A stretch of DNA of 63,017 bases, the filler included, from Sphacelaria rigidula (taxonomy: Eukaryota), in assembly GCA_964200075.2 (NCBI GenBank). It is 6 parts of 6 records of this genome, joined end to end, with 100 filler letters (N's around TTAATTAATTAA, not from the genome) between each part and the next. Parts side by side here need not be neighbours in the genome. Positions count along the whole stretch, not along the records: positions 10,522 to 20,941 come from CAXNAA020006522.1; positions 21,042 to 31,461 come from CAXNAA020006523.1; 4 more parts are not named here. The stretch is one strand, 5' to 3'. The position numbers and the translations under genes were made by a program. This document shows positions 12,297 to 25,179 of this stretch, one piece after another. The notes beneath the pieces are model-generated. The model was not told the DNA's origin, made no database searches, and saw only the letters and a program-made list of their open reading frames with translations. The first letter of the stretch is position 1, and each line of letters opens with the position of its first letter.

Positions 12297-14450
12297 TCAA
12301 GACGGATCCAACCTTCCGACATCAAGTTTGTTCTTCTGTGAATCATATATTGAACCCTACCCCTTTCCAAACACGACACACCCCCGCATGCACACAAACA
12401 CACGTACACACACAAACACACCTCGCGATGCACAGCCAGCGCCCGCTCCAGCAGTCGCACGGCTTCCGTGTGCCTCCACCTGAACAAGTCCTGCTTGATG
12501 CTACACAATCCCCCCGTACCCCCATTGCTCACGCTTCCATTCGCAACCAGCCCGCCGCCAGCAGCAGCGCCAGCGGGTGAATCTGTTGCTGCTGAAACTT
12601 TCTCCCACTTCCAGTTCCTCTCGTACTCATCAAAGTCAGCATTTGCTCGCGTCAACACCCCCCCCGGATTTTGCTCGGACCCAGGCCCGGTCTTCAGAAG
12701 AAGGAGGGCTAGGTTGTGGCTGATTAAATAATCAGTATTATTGTATATTTGGTTGGCAGGGGACAGGCGGCAGGGAGGGAGGGACGCAGAGGGTGCAGGG
12801 AGATGAGGAAGGGAAGCAACAAAACATACCCACATGTATACTCAGACGAAAAGCGCGCGTTTCTTCCCAACGAGATGTGTCATGCATATCAAACATCGCG
12901 ACTGGAATATGGCGATATTAAAAAAATACCTTTTATCATGAAAAAACAAACACCATTGGCACGCACGCAGATTAAAACGAAACATAATTAGTTCCCTTTC
13001 CATCACAGCAACAACAAGCTTTCATGGTCCACCGTTACACAACACGTACTATTTTATAATGTACATACACGTGGAACATCACGCATATTTTCCTCACCAA
13101 GTCTGAGCCACCTCCGGGTGGTTAGGGCCTAACCTAGCCTCTCGAATCGACAACGCTTCCCGGTGAAGACGCTCTGCTGTTTTGGGATCCTGCCCCTGGC
13201 TCGTGTATAGGAGCGCAAGATTGTTGAGACCTTGCGCTGTCTCCAGACTATCTGGCGGCAGCACTCTCTGCCGGATATCCAAGCTGCGCTGGAACGTCGC
13301 TGCTGCTTCTCTGGACGAGAGGTGCGTTTGTGAGCAAGTTCGAGCGCGCAAGTGTGAGACACAGGGAGAGGGCTCGAGTAAAACAAGAATGACTAGAGCT
13401 ACAGCTACAGCTACAGCTAGAGAGAGACAAGAGAGGCCGAGAGGGGCTGCTGGTGAGGTAGCATGTCGGGAATTATTGTCTGCGTTTTGAGGCAAGCCAG
13501 CAACGTTGTTGCGAAAAGCAACATCGTGCCCGAACGGTTGAAGAGCCATCGCCCCCCTTTCAGGCGTGGGCAGTAGATATCGGTCAATGGCTGAGGCGCG
13601 CAGTACTACCAATTTGTAGATAGTTCTCGATTGTCATTTCCCGTACCGATGTCCACATTAATCTTTCATGGGTGCCGGAGATTTGACATTGCCCTCAGGA
13701 CAAGCAAGGACAGCGGTTAGGGGACGGAATATGGTGAAGGATGTCTCCCCTTCTTTCCTCACGCGCCACCAACTCAGCACCACATACACCTGTCGTTCGC
13801 TCCGCTAATAACTGTATACATCACCCCATTGTCTTGTATTCAACCCCGCATAACGTATATACTGCATAGTTTCTGTGCAAACGAACGAAGGCCGGTACAG
13901 TGCAATTCGGCACAGTACAGTACAGCACGGCACAGCACACGCATGCGTACGTACCCTGGTCTGTCCTCCATAAAGAGCAGGATGGCAAGGTTGTTCAGCC
14001 CCGACGCCAACTCCGGCGAATAGGGCCCCAAAGTCCTTTCCCAGATGTCCATGCTCTGTCGATAGCACGCCTCCGCCTCACGATTCCGGCCGTGCTCCAC
14101 CAAGAAGACCGCCAGCACATTAGTCTCTGCCGCTACCGCCGGATGCCTTGGCCCGAACACTCGCAACGCCACCCCAAGCGAACGCCTGAACGGTTCCGTT
14201 CAGCACCGGCAGGCGGGGGGGGGGGGGGGGGGGGGGAGGGAATGGATTAGCATGAAGGTAGACACATACGTTATGTGCATATGTGTGTCTTCACGCGAGC
14301 GTGACCCAGGCGTTGACGCCGCAGAAGCGACACCGGAAGTACAGAGACAAGAGCATCGATAGCTTTACAACCCACAGGAGAACATTTAACGAACAACCCG
14401 CCATGATCTACACCTACACATAGCAAGGGTGCTTCCCATATTTACATCGT

Positions 14451-14482
<32 letters not shown>

Positions 14483-17400
14483 CGAACAAGATACAAGGGC
14501 AATTTTCCCGTCTCGTTAAGGTACGAAAATATCCTCCTCATGACCACGCTATCCCCTCAAGAACTTCAGTAAAACGACAAACAAATAAAAAAAAACCCTG
14601 TTCATCACGAAAAAAAATACAATCAATCGATCAAACCATCGTTCAACACACTATGCACTAAATCAATTCCTTCTCCAACACACACATCCATTCAACATCG
14701 AGTCATTCTCCAGCAAACACATCAATTCAACATCGAGCCATGCTCCAATACACACATCAATCCAACATAGAGTCTAAGTCTACCCTCACTCTCCACTTCC
14801 GCTCTCTCTCACCTGTACAACTCCTCGGACAGGTTAGCCTTGCCCTGTTGAGCCGCCAGGGCCGCCAAACTGGCCACGCAAACCGCCGCCTCCGCACTGT
14901 GCGGGCCCGTAGGACCCGTCTGCACCAGGGCGAGCGCCTGCCCCCCCACGGCAGAGGCTCTGTCAAAGTGCCCCATCTGCCGCAATATCTGGCAGTACTC
15001 CAGCATCGCTTTCGCCGCCCCCGGATTACGGGCGTTTTCCATGCCCATAGCCTTTTGGAAGCGTTGCTCCGCCTCCTCGAGCTGGCCCTCTGCGACTAGG
15101 CATCTAGCGATGCCCTTCAGGACCTGTTGTCGCATTTGAAGGAGGCGCAGGTGTATGACGAGGGGGCGAGGGCGGGGGCGGGGGAAGCGGAGTGGCGTAT
15201 AGAAGTTACTTCGGTAATTAGTTCGGTCCACTTAATGCGGGGGAAGAGCAGCGACTGTGATATGCTGAGAGCATAGAATGCTTCCATAGGATACTGTATT
15301 CCCTTTTACCAAAAAACAAGAAATATATCCCCTCCATCCATCCTCCAACAATCTTTAATTAACCCATTTTTATATTCTATTATATATTATTGTATTTGGA
15401 AAAATGGAGAAAGAAAAGCAACACTTTTCCCATATTTTTCTTCCTTCGAAACCAGGGTTGGAGCATGATCGCTGAGGTATTTGTAGGGAGAAGACGAGGG
15501 AAAGGGGGCATATATACCGTATACCGCAGTGACACTCGAAGCGCACACACCAAGAGAGCCCTGCTTGGACGAAACACGTGATCATTGTACGCAAAAACGC
15601 CAATGGCCCACCGCTTCAAACGGAAAAAAGAGCTGAAACAGGCAAGAGACGGGTGAGGAAGGGGAGCTTTATATATATATATATATATATACATATATAT
15701 TCTGCTGCCAACGCTACATTGGCGTGCATATATACGTGGAAAATTTGCGCCCTGTTCACGGGCAGATGAAGCCTCGAGACGGGAGACCTTCCCCTTCGTG
15801 GATAAGCTTCTTGGCACTCTTACACAACGACACTGGTCTACACACTCCTTCCTCACCTGCGACGTAAACGATTGTGTTTGCGGCTTGACTCGATCGTGCT
15901 CTGTTCGTGCCTCAACCCTCGCCAACGCCTCGTTGTAGTACTCCAGCGCGGACCCCTTTTCTTCGGTCAAGAACAAGTAGTCGGCCAGCAGCTTTACCGC
16001 CGCCGCCAGCTTCAGACTCGATCCCTGACCCGAGGCTACCGCCTTTTCCCTGGTTGGATTGGACAGGCAAGGGAGTGAAGGTTTAAGGGAGTGACAATTA
16101 TTACCATCTCTATTTTTTAATTTCAAATGTTCAACGATATAACAAAATCGTATATGTGAGCACGGGTTCGAGGTATCGAGCTACGACAATAGTGACTGAT
16201 ATACTACCACCACCATTGCTACTGCTACTGTGTGAAACTTGAATTGTGGGCTTCACGCAGAGGCTCTACTATACTGAGACTTGAACCCTGGTTGGTTTCA
16301 CCACTACTAATTTCGTACTGTACCCATCCCATTATCCTTGAAAGGGCGGGGGGAGGGGGGAAGTTGTACAGTAGTGGGCTGTCGAACTATCCAGGGGTGT
16401 TTTGGGGTTTTGCTCGCCTTCTCCTCGATAGAACTCGAGGTTGCTAGCGCCGGTAGATTTTGGTACAAAAAATAGATCAGCCTCGCATCACAGTGCCCAA
16501 GCCAGTGTCAGTTGGTGTTATCGGGCGATACGAGCAAATAGCCCGTGTATCAGGAGGATGTTTTCGACCGTAAAACACAGTTTTTCGGCTCTAGTGCTAT
16601 GAGTCGGTAGAATCTCAGAAAAATAAGACTGTACATTTCTTCAAAAATATGATCGGGACAGGCTCGATCGACCGAAGATACCGAAGAGTGGGAATCTACG
16701 CTGAAACGTGGCAGGACCCCCGATGACCGATCAGCTCGTAAGTACTCAATATTGAGTACATATATCGTTTTTCTTGGTGTGAGGAGCAGATAGAAATATC
16801 TTTAGGCGGTGGCAAGCAAAAACAGCCCAAGAAAATCGCCAATTACGAAAAAAATACAAAATGCCACAAAATGGTTGATTAGACCGCCCACTACTACTAT
16901 ACAAAAAGATCGTTAACACTTCGACCACGGCTTCTTTGAGATATAATTTGCAGGAGTATCCATTCGTTACGATGAAGTAAAAAAACATCTGCATTGCAAT
17001 AAAAATGTAGGGGCCCCAAAGTGGCTGATTCACAATCAAATGGTTGACGTGGCATCGATGCGTCAGAATTATCGTCGCCATCTCCGTCAGGACAAGCAGC
17101 GACAGCATGCGCAACAGCCACACGAATAAGACTCTTCATGAAATGTTATCATCGAGCCTGACGCGTTCGTATCGCTGATGGCCCCCACCACATACCACCA
17201 TCAGCAACACCACCCTTCATCACCGTCATCATGAGCCATCACCATCACCACCTTACTTTTCAAGACCGCAACCATGATCATCTCAACCCTTGGACAGCGG
17301 GAGCAGGTCATCTGTTTAATCGGCATTAATTTCACTTGAAAAAAGTGCGCATGATCCAGGTGGACTACCCTCGCGTTCTGAGGATTTACCCTCTGGGAAC

Positions 17401-17717
17401 GCAAGTGCTGATTTTTGTTTCGTGAATCTTGATGAATCTTGGTGAATCGGCATCATTTCTCATTATTTTCTGGTCAAAATGGTGCCGACTCACAAAAACA
17501 AAAATCAGCACTTCGTGGGGGTCTACTTCCCAGAGGGTTAAGCCATCGTGACCAAGCACCATCAGCATGTCATCATCGTTCACCCTGACTCCACCGCCAT
17601 CATCCACTAGCAACCATCAACACTACCGTAATGACCATGAAAAATCACCCCCAGCACGACGCGGCACCTCACGTGCCCAACCTGAACGGCAATAAAATCA
17701 AGCAAAACACGAGACAT

Positions 17718-17764
<47 letters not shown>

Positions 17765-20219
17765 GTAAGCACGAATGCTGTCGGCGTAGGCCTCAAGTGC
17801 CGTGAACCCGAATCGCTTCTCCACCTCTGCCCAGCAACACACTAATCCGCACCGCCCCATAGCCAGATATTTCCCGCCAGCCTTGCGCCCCAGTCCGCTC
17901 TTGAGCACCTTGAGCCTCCCCAAGTACAAAGACATGCGCGCCGCCGCGTGCTCGACCGTTTCCGCGGTAGACTTCGGGTAAGCCGTGTGCATAGGGTGGC
18001 CGGCAGGGAGGGGAGAGGGTGGAGGGTGGAGTTTCAGCGCAGGAACTGACGATTTGATTAGCTTGATAATGCCCGAGTTTTGGCCCGAACATAAAATTTC
18101 GAAAGTTGCAGATACGAAATTTTGGTATGCTCGAAAGGAACAATGATGAGTCTATTTGTGGGTAGCCGACAAGAATAAAATCTACTCGATAATTGCGAGG
18201 AGGGGGGAGCCGGGGGAGGTTAAGAGGGAGGGATAGCAGAGATGCGAGCTGGGCCGGCCTGGAAACGGATTTAAGCTCTCAAAGCAATATCTCATCGACA
18301 TAGACGAGTTAAGTCATGATCCGCATATCGTATCAATCGTCTAATCAAGGGGAAGGTACCCATCTCCTAAAATATCTGGGCCAATTTCTTCTCGTTGATC
18401 CAACCCCATGTCCAGTAATTCCTATACCGTACGGAGATAGCGTCCACACTAAAATCTACTTGAAACCCCGAACGATACATTCAGCGGATGATGACGATTT
18501 TTGGTGTGGACCTTCCCTGGAGCACGGGGAGACGATAAATACCCTCACCTTCACCCAATTCGTGATTTATCTCTACATATGGCGCACATAAGGTTCCATA
18601 CTAAAATCGATAAATTACTAGCAGAGGCACCAGATGCCCTATATCTGGATATCGCGTCTCAGTCTTTGAGAGTTGTGCTATGAAATTCGGTATGGAGAAC
18701 CGCTAGTGCATCACGAAATAAAAAACAGACTTTTCATTTTTTTTTACATCGTTGTTAGGGGAAGTTTTCAGACCCGCGATTGAATAAGCTGCGCCGAAAA
18801 ATATTCGAGGTTGATGACAAGTGAAGCCGGGACAGCGCGTTGCCCTGCACTTGAATATTCGCAGGGGAGCATGACACACGCATGTGACAGCTTGTCTCAC
18901 CGAGTCCAGAATGAAATCCATCTGCGTGCTCGACGTCACGTGTCCGCTGCGGCCTTGATCACCCATGATGGTCACCGGCTGAAGCAAAGATTGGGCGCGA
19001 AGCTTCTCCAGCACCTGTTTCAGAAAACCAACGACGACACCAATAAAGACAACACCATCATCATCATTAACAACAGAAACGTCACAGCAACACCGATCTC
19101 AAAACGGACATGACGACCACAAACCAGCTCTGGGATTCAACCATTACAACACTGTGCGTTCACATGCGGGACAAAATTCTACCCGTTCTCGGAACACGTT
19201 TCCGCATAACCCACAAAGCATCGCCCAGTCGAGCGCATCGATACGGCGGCATGTGCGACCATCACAGCTCGCACCTACAGCCATATTTTTATTTTAGTCT
19301 TGACTGTCGCACTCTAACTGAAAAACCTACAGCCATGGAGACAAAAAACATTTCGTACGATAACTGTACTCGGAGGCAACTAACCTCATCAAACACTTCG
19401 TCGCTCTCTGTATCCCACAGAGACTCCAGCATTTGCTCCGGAGCAGGTACCTGAGCAGACCAAAAACATCAGCAAAAATATTGCAGCACAAGCTGGAAAA
19501 AAAACATCGACAGATGCATGATTGGGCATGCAGCGGCGAGGCTGCATCGTCCCACCACGATTCACGTGATATAGGTATTGCACTCTGGGTTGTTTCCTCC
19601 GGGATAAGTCAATGCAGAACAACCAATCGATCACATCATTCACTTTCCCCCCTCGCCCCTTTTTCTTCGGAAAGGGAAGGGGTAAGGGGTAAGGGGTAAG
19701 GGGTAGGGGGAAATTTTCCAAAGCAGGACACGACAGAATGACCATTATCCACCATGAGTGACAAGTCCAACAAACATGGCCCCACGCTACCCTTTGAAAC
19801 ATACAATCCGCCCACGAGCAAAATACGAAAAAAAAAAATAAGAGTCACTCACGTGGCGCGGTAGGATGGCCAGATGCATGTATCGGTTGCGGATATGATC
19901 CGGAAGCTTATGGACGCACACCTGAAAGGAAAAGAAGAAGAACAACAACATGGATACAGCGAAGGAGACGGACACACCAAGGGGACCCAAGACTGTATGA
20001 GGGGAACAGGTGCATGTTTCAATCCTCGACTCTGTGCATTTGTCAGCGAACAACCTACCAACAACGCCTACCACTGTAGCAGCAGCAGCAGCAGCAACAA
20101 CGCTGACGGAGACTAACCATCGCGAGCAATAACGTACCCGCCCGGCACTGTACAGCGAGATGTAATCTTGATCCTTCACGCCTCCGTTTGTCATCGCCGC
20201 GGTCGTCCCGTCAATCGTC
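12297..20219 (-). CDS. NB-ARC (Apaf-1-like winged helix/HD2) + TPR protein, NLR-like; 5'-partial, multi-exon
   Basis: Phase-compatible exons, 5' to 3': 20138-20219, 19853-19921, 19385-19450, 18901-19014, 17763-17971 (weak AAG acceptor), 15857-16049, 14813-15123, 13955-14185, 13098-13310, 12422-12719, and a tentative last exon 12297-12335. The translation DYISLYSAGRVCVHKLPDHIRNRYMHLAILPRHVPAPEQMLESLWDTESDEVFDEVLEKLRAQSLL resembles the Apaf-1 WHD. It is followed by kinesin-light-chain-type TPRs (AEACYRQSMDIWERTLGPYSPELASGLNNLA; REALSIREARLGPNHPEVAQTCHNLA). The P-loop exons are not on this contig. Confidence 0.85.
14680..14775. repeat. ~35-bp imperfect intronic tandem repeat
   Basis: acacatcaattcaacatcgag-like unit, three times. 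Confidence 0.6.
17719..17762. repeat. (CA)n microsatellite forming the GT donor of an NB-ARC-TPR intron
   Basis: Minus strand reads TACAG|GTGTGTGT... Confidence 0.9.
18244..18520 (+). mobile_element. Intronic partial copy of the CGAGCTGGGCC TIR element
   Basis: Colinear with 28111-28390. Confidence 0.65.
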
Positions 20220-20362
20220 CTTGATGATCGCCGTAAAAACAGTGGGAAATTACCCAACAGTAGAAACGAACAAGAGGGTAGAAGATGGGGGGAAGAGAGA
20301 GGGACACAAATCCAACAAGTTAGCCACGAGACAGAGGTGTTCGATAGGGGTGCTAGCGTAAG

Positions 20363-20400
20363 GGGCGTACTCATTTGTTGCTTGCCTCAGTCGTTTGACC
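20363..20400 (-). mobile_element. LINE 3' terminus (subfamily A)
   Basis: ggggcgtactcatttgttgcttgcctcagtcgtttgacc. Confidence 0.65.
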
Positions 20401-20844
20401 CTACCGTAGGTATACACAAATATTTCATATGGTTCAGATGGATTCTCACTCTAGACAACATACGGTAAATAGTTTCAATAGAAAAAAATGTGCGGCGTAA
20501 AGTACAGACCTACTGCAACTATTGTAGGGAGGCCCATACTTTAAGCCATATTTTTTCTTCTATTGCAATTATTGGCCACATATTGTCCAGGGTATGATTT
20601 GTTAGGATCCCTTCATCATGTTAAAAAAACGACTCATGAATATGTGAGAGCACGGCAAGGTGGGCATTTTGATGGGCTAGGGATATCTCGAACGAATTCG
20701 ACAACAGCAATGTCCTGACCCCAATTCTTGTGATGCTGCTGCCAACTTCAGGAGCAATGAATGAGAAGTATTTGGGCCCAAATATGCAACCCCTACCGTG
20801 GCATGACTCCGAAGCCATGTCCAAATCACCGTCTCGTGTGTGTG

Positions 20845-20941
20845 CGGGGGGGGGGGGGGGGGGGGGGGTATACTCATGATCATGCATGCCATAGTCATAA
20901 GCCCGTTGACTTCGCCTCTCTACGATGCCCTGACGGAGCAC
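20845..20941 (-). mobile_element. LINE 3' terminus (subfamily B) with long poly(C), at contig end
   Basis: G run followed by tatactcatgatcatgcatgccatagtcataag. Confidence 0.65.
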
Positions 20942-21041
20942 NNNNNNNNNNNNNNNNNNNNNNNNNNNNNNNNNNNNNNNNNNNNTTAATTAATTAANNN
21001 NNNNNNNNNNNNNNNNNNNNNNNNNNNNNNNNNNNNNNNNN
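20942..21041. other. Artificial contig spacer
   Basis: N44-TTAATTAATTAA-N44. Confidence 0.99.
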
Positions 21042-24000
21042 CATTCTCAAGTCAAAATGATGCCGATTCACAAGGATTCACAAAACAAGAATCAGCACTT
21101 GCGTTCCCAAAGGGTATATGTGAATGTCTTTGTTCACAATATACCTTTTTCTCAGCCAAGATCCGATCCGTCCAGATACCACACACACATACTTCCATAA
21201 ACTACATACTGACGGTTGTTGTCTGTACCTTTTCGCCGATACAGCACTCATTTGTGCGCTTAAGATCTGCTCACGGAATGTCATATCTTACGATGCACCC
21301 ACCTAGCGTCACCCGACTCTCATTCTGATATCAGATAGCATAGCATCTGCAGACATCACGGTGCAAGTGTAGATATTGACACGACAATCGTAGGCTCCTA
21401 CTACGTACTAGGGTTTTTTGCAATCAACTAGACACACTTGAATTCGCATCAGCAACCTCCTGGTTTGCGGTTTTTTTCTCTAGCATCCATCAGCACCACT
21501 CGCGGACAGTCCGTTCACCGCACACAACGATGGATACACTATCTGCAGCAACTATCCGGGAGGGGGAGGCGGCCATTGCAGCCGTGCCAACTTTGGTCAC
21601 TCAGCTGCAAGCGCTGGTCGACAGTTCCTTTCAGTACTCTAGCCTGAAGGTGGTCGAGAGGTGAGGGGGAAACATAGCATTGCCATCCATGCGCTGATGT
21701 TGATTGGTGTACGATGTATAGCACCCCTTATTGACGAGGTTTTCGCCCTTGGGGTTCGCCAAAAAGATGCCCTTCCGACTGCCAGGAACCCTGCATACCC
21801 AGATGTATATATCAACAATAGCTTGTGAAACATCGAGTTCGTCATCACGACTTCTGTACATTTCTCGACGATTGAATTTGAAAGGCACCGCGGACGTGGG
21901 CTGGGGGGGACAGGGGGGCGAGTTTTCACTCCGACGGCGACACCGTGCTATCGTTATATCACTACAGGTCAAATTAGAGGACCTGTCGAACAGATGAGAT
22001 GGTCGCCGACCCTTGTCCAGATAGTACGACGATCAAGCTATTGTTGGTTCTCATCGCTTACTGCGATACTGCACCTTTCCTGCTTGGCTGCAACTAGAAA
22101 TAAAGATATAATAAGAAAAAGAGTACCTGAAGTCCGCAGAAACAACTGCATCTTGGAACGGCGTTTTTTGTGTGCAGCGATCAACCTGTACAAGGTAGCA
22201 ACCTACTGTGAGTCTCGCGGTCGTTCTCGATGACACACCACACACTGCCAACGCACAGGTTACCAAAGAACGCATACTCACCCTAACAATCCGGTTCTGA
22301 CGATCACTTTGCAGTGAAGATGATGCGGATTGCGCTTATGACACCCACTAAAGCGGTGAAAGAGTTGGTTGCCTGTTTGTCCGCCGGGGTGGTGAAATTT
22401 GAATCCTGCAGTCGTTTTTCCCGTGTAGACGATATCGTTATCGTTTCAACGGATGATCCCACCGTTACTGCTGTAACGGTCGAAGGATTGAGGGTTGAAA
22501 CCGGTATCCGTATCAGTCTCGTCGCAGAAGAGGTCAATGAGGTCGCGATATTGTACAGGCAGTCAGTCGTCAGTAGAAGTATGCATGCGATTGCTCCATT
22601 TTTCGAGTTTGACACATCATCTTACAAACAGTGAAACAAGAAAAAAAATACCTCTACAGCAACACGCAATGGAGTTCATCCGATACATCCTGCTTACCGC
22701 AGTTACTGTAGTGTTGTACTGTACTGTTGTAATAGATACATCACATCTTACTGCCTAACTGTGCCATCATCGTCCTTCCCACGCAGGTCATATTAATACG
22801 TCACAGGAATCACTGAGTATCAACATATATTTCTCGTGTCATGGTCGTGAAGTAATGCATGGCATTACATACTGGACATGCATTTGCTCCGAATGATTGA
22901 CTTCGTTTTAAAGACTAAAATACCGTAAGCAATAATCATGGAGTCACTCTGATAGGGTTGACTATTATAGTTGGCTCGGTTGTTATCGTGACGTCTCGAC
23001 AGCTCACAATCTAGAAGATTCCCACGGAGGAATAGGGGAGTTTTGTGCTCAACCCAAGCAAGGTGCGTCACTGCTGCACTCTACGGTCGGCTAACAATTT
23101 TTTGTGCAGTAAAGCGAACGGAAAACTCGGTAGTGCTGCTGCTCATGCGTAAAGTGTTGAACTCTTCTCTACGTGCGGTGCAACTGCTGCGGTAATGCAC
23201 CGCACTTCACTACGCCTTTTTCCTTGACTGTGCCATCCATCACAGTAAATGTGCTGTCACACTCCCGTAACGAGTGATACCTCCTCTTTGATGAGCAATC
23301 TAGCAGATGATTTGCACATGATCTCAATGAACGTGTATTTCTGGACATCAACCGAACGGATTTCATGAGATTCTGGTGTATTATGTGGAAATGAGCTGTG
23401 CTTCTAAAACACAGACGGTTACATCGTACTCCTCTTCAACCCTCAGACCGCGACGCCGGTAGTCCGTCTGGATCACTCATACGTTTTCCACGTGAAATTG
23501 ATGCCGATTCAGCAGGTGACCTAACCTCGCGTTCAGATGGTTATATGAGAGGCGCGTACACGTGTGCGGTCGTGTGTTATCGACACGGAATAAAAGCGAG
23601 CAAAATAATCATGCTACATTGGTTGGGTGCTGCGATACCGATCCCCCCAGGGGAAAGAAGCACCTGCACAACGAATTTCCGGTCGATTGTGCTTGAAGAA
23701 TACTTCAGCAGCTGCCGTTGTCGTCATGAGACCGTCTTGATACCCGGCGATGGAAGCTTGACACTGTCTCGAAGACGTTGACCCCGTCCCGACCAGCCCT
23801 ACAGCGGCCCTTGGTTCGAGGCACTCCGTTCAGCTCTATACGACATATCGAAGCGTAGGGAATCTTCCTCTGAGATATGGAGAGCCCTGGTGATTTTTCC
23901 CCTCTTGGTGGCAGTCTCGACCGACAGGCAGCGGACGCAAACAACAACCCTGGCAAAATCTGCCCCTGCCTCCGCGCGGATTTCATATCGTTTCCCTTTC

Positions 24001-24804
24001 GAATCGTCACTAGGAGATGACCATATCTTGGGAATCACCGTAGCGTCGTGCACAATCACCCGTTCTTCCCCCCGCGTTCGCTCTCTACCTCGTTCTTCGC
24101 CATGAGGAGGTTATCGTCCATAAAAGGTGCCTTACTGTCAGCTTTCCGCACGGCGGTCCTGGGTATTTTTTCCCCATAACCTTGTGCGATATCTCCTAAA
24201 TGTGCGATAGTGAAAGAATCATGGCGGATCAACTGGTGCTTACTGCTGTAACACAACTCCCGTGCAGTTTCATCGCAAAACACGCACAACAAACACAGAC
24301 ATACCACGCCATGCCACACCACACCACACCGCACCTCACCAAAAAGACGTTGAGGTGAAACACGTCTAATGCAAAATCCCGCCCAAGCGCCGAACTATAA
24401 TATGACGTGACGGTAATTCCCCGCCGTCATTTTATCTTTCATTCATTGAGTAAAATTATCTTCCTCAGTTTTACGTGTCGATCACCACGGTGCTGATAAT
24501 ACTGCGTTAGAGCGTACGATGAAGAACCGCAATAATACCAGCGCTGCGGCCTTTACAGCGCCAAAAGTGCCCCGGAACTACTCGCGGTATTATACAACTC
24601 ACGCCCGAATTTGTGTTTTTTTTCGGGTTCATCGCACAGGGGGGCGATGAGCTAGTGCCATGACTCCGAAACCTGCGTGATGATCGAATCGAATCATTCG
24701 GTTCTTGCTTTATCCAATGCAACCCTTTGCAATGACCCTGGTGTGTGGGATGACCTCGATATGCGCCAAGACCCGCGGTCTTACGATCCACCCGGGCATT
24801 CTTG

Positions 24805-25179
24805 CACACTTCGGACAGCTCAAATAAGTATACTGATCTGGATCATGAGCTAGCCCGTTTGGCCATTATTTCCGTATTAGCACCCGACAGCGATGGACCC
24901 TGAGCCCACGGTCACGCACTCTATATTCTTGGATAAGGGCACACGAGGCCATTTGGCTAGCTCCAAAATTCCTCTAGGTGGGTACACTTTTTGAGCCTTC
25001 AGAGGTAGAGTTTGGTTCCCTCCACAGGGATGGAAGGCCTCCGGAAGCTTGTTTTCCCCCTGGAGGGCCGCGCACCCCTCAGGAGGTATTTTGGGGTGTA
25101 GCCGAATGGCCGCGTGTGGGATCTTTTAAAGTCCTCTTCGATTAGCTATTTTTGTAGCTCATGAGCTGCCCGACGTGTG
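24805..25179. mobile_element. hAT-type MITE with intact 8-bp TSD
   Basis: TIRs cacacttcggacagctca / tgagctgcccgacgtgtg; CATTCTTG duplicated at 24797-24804 and 25180-25187. Confidence 0.85.
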
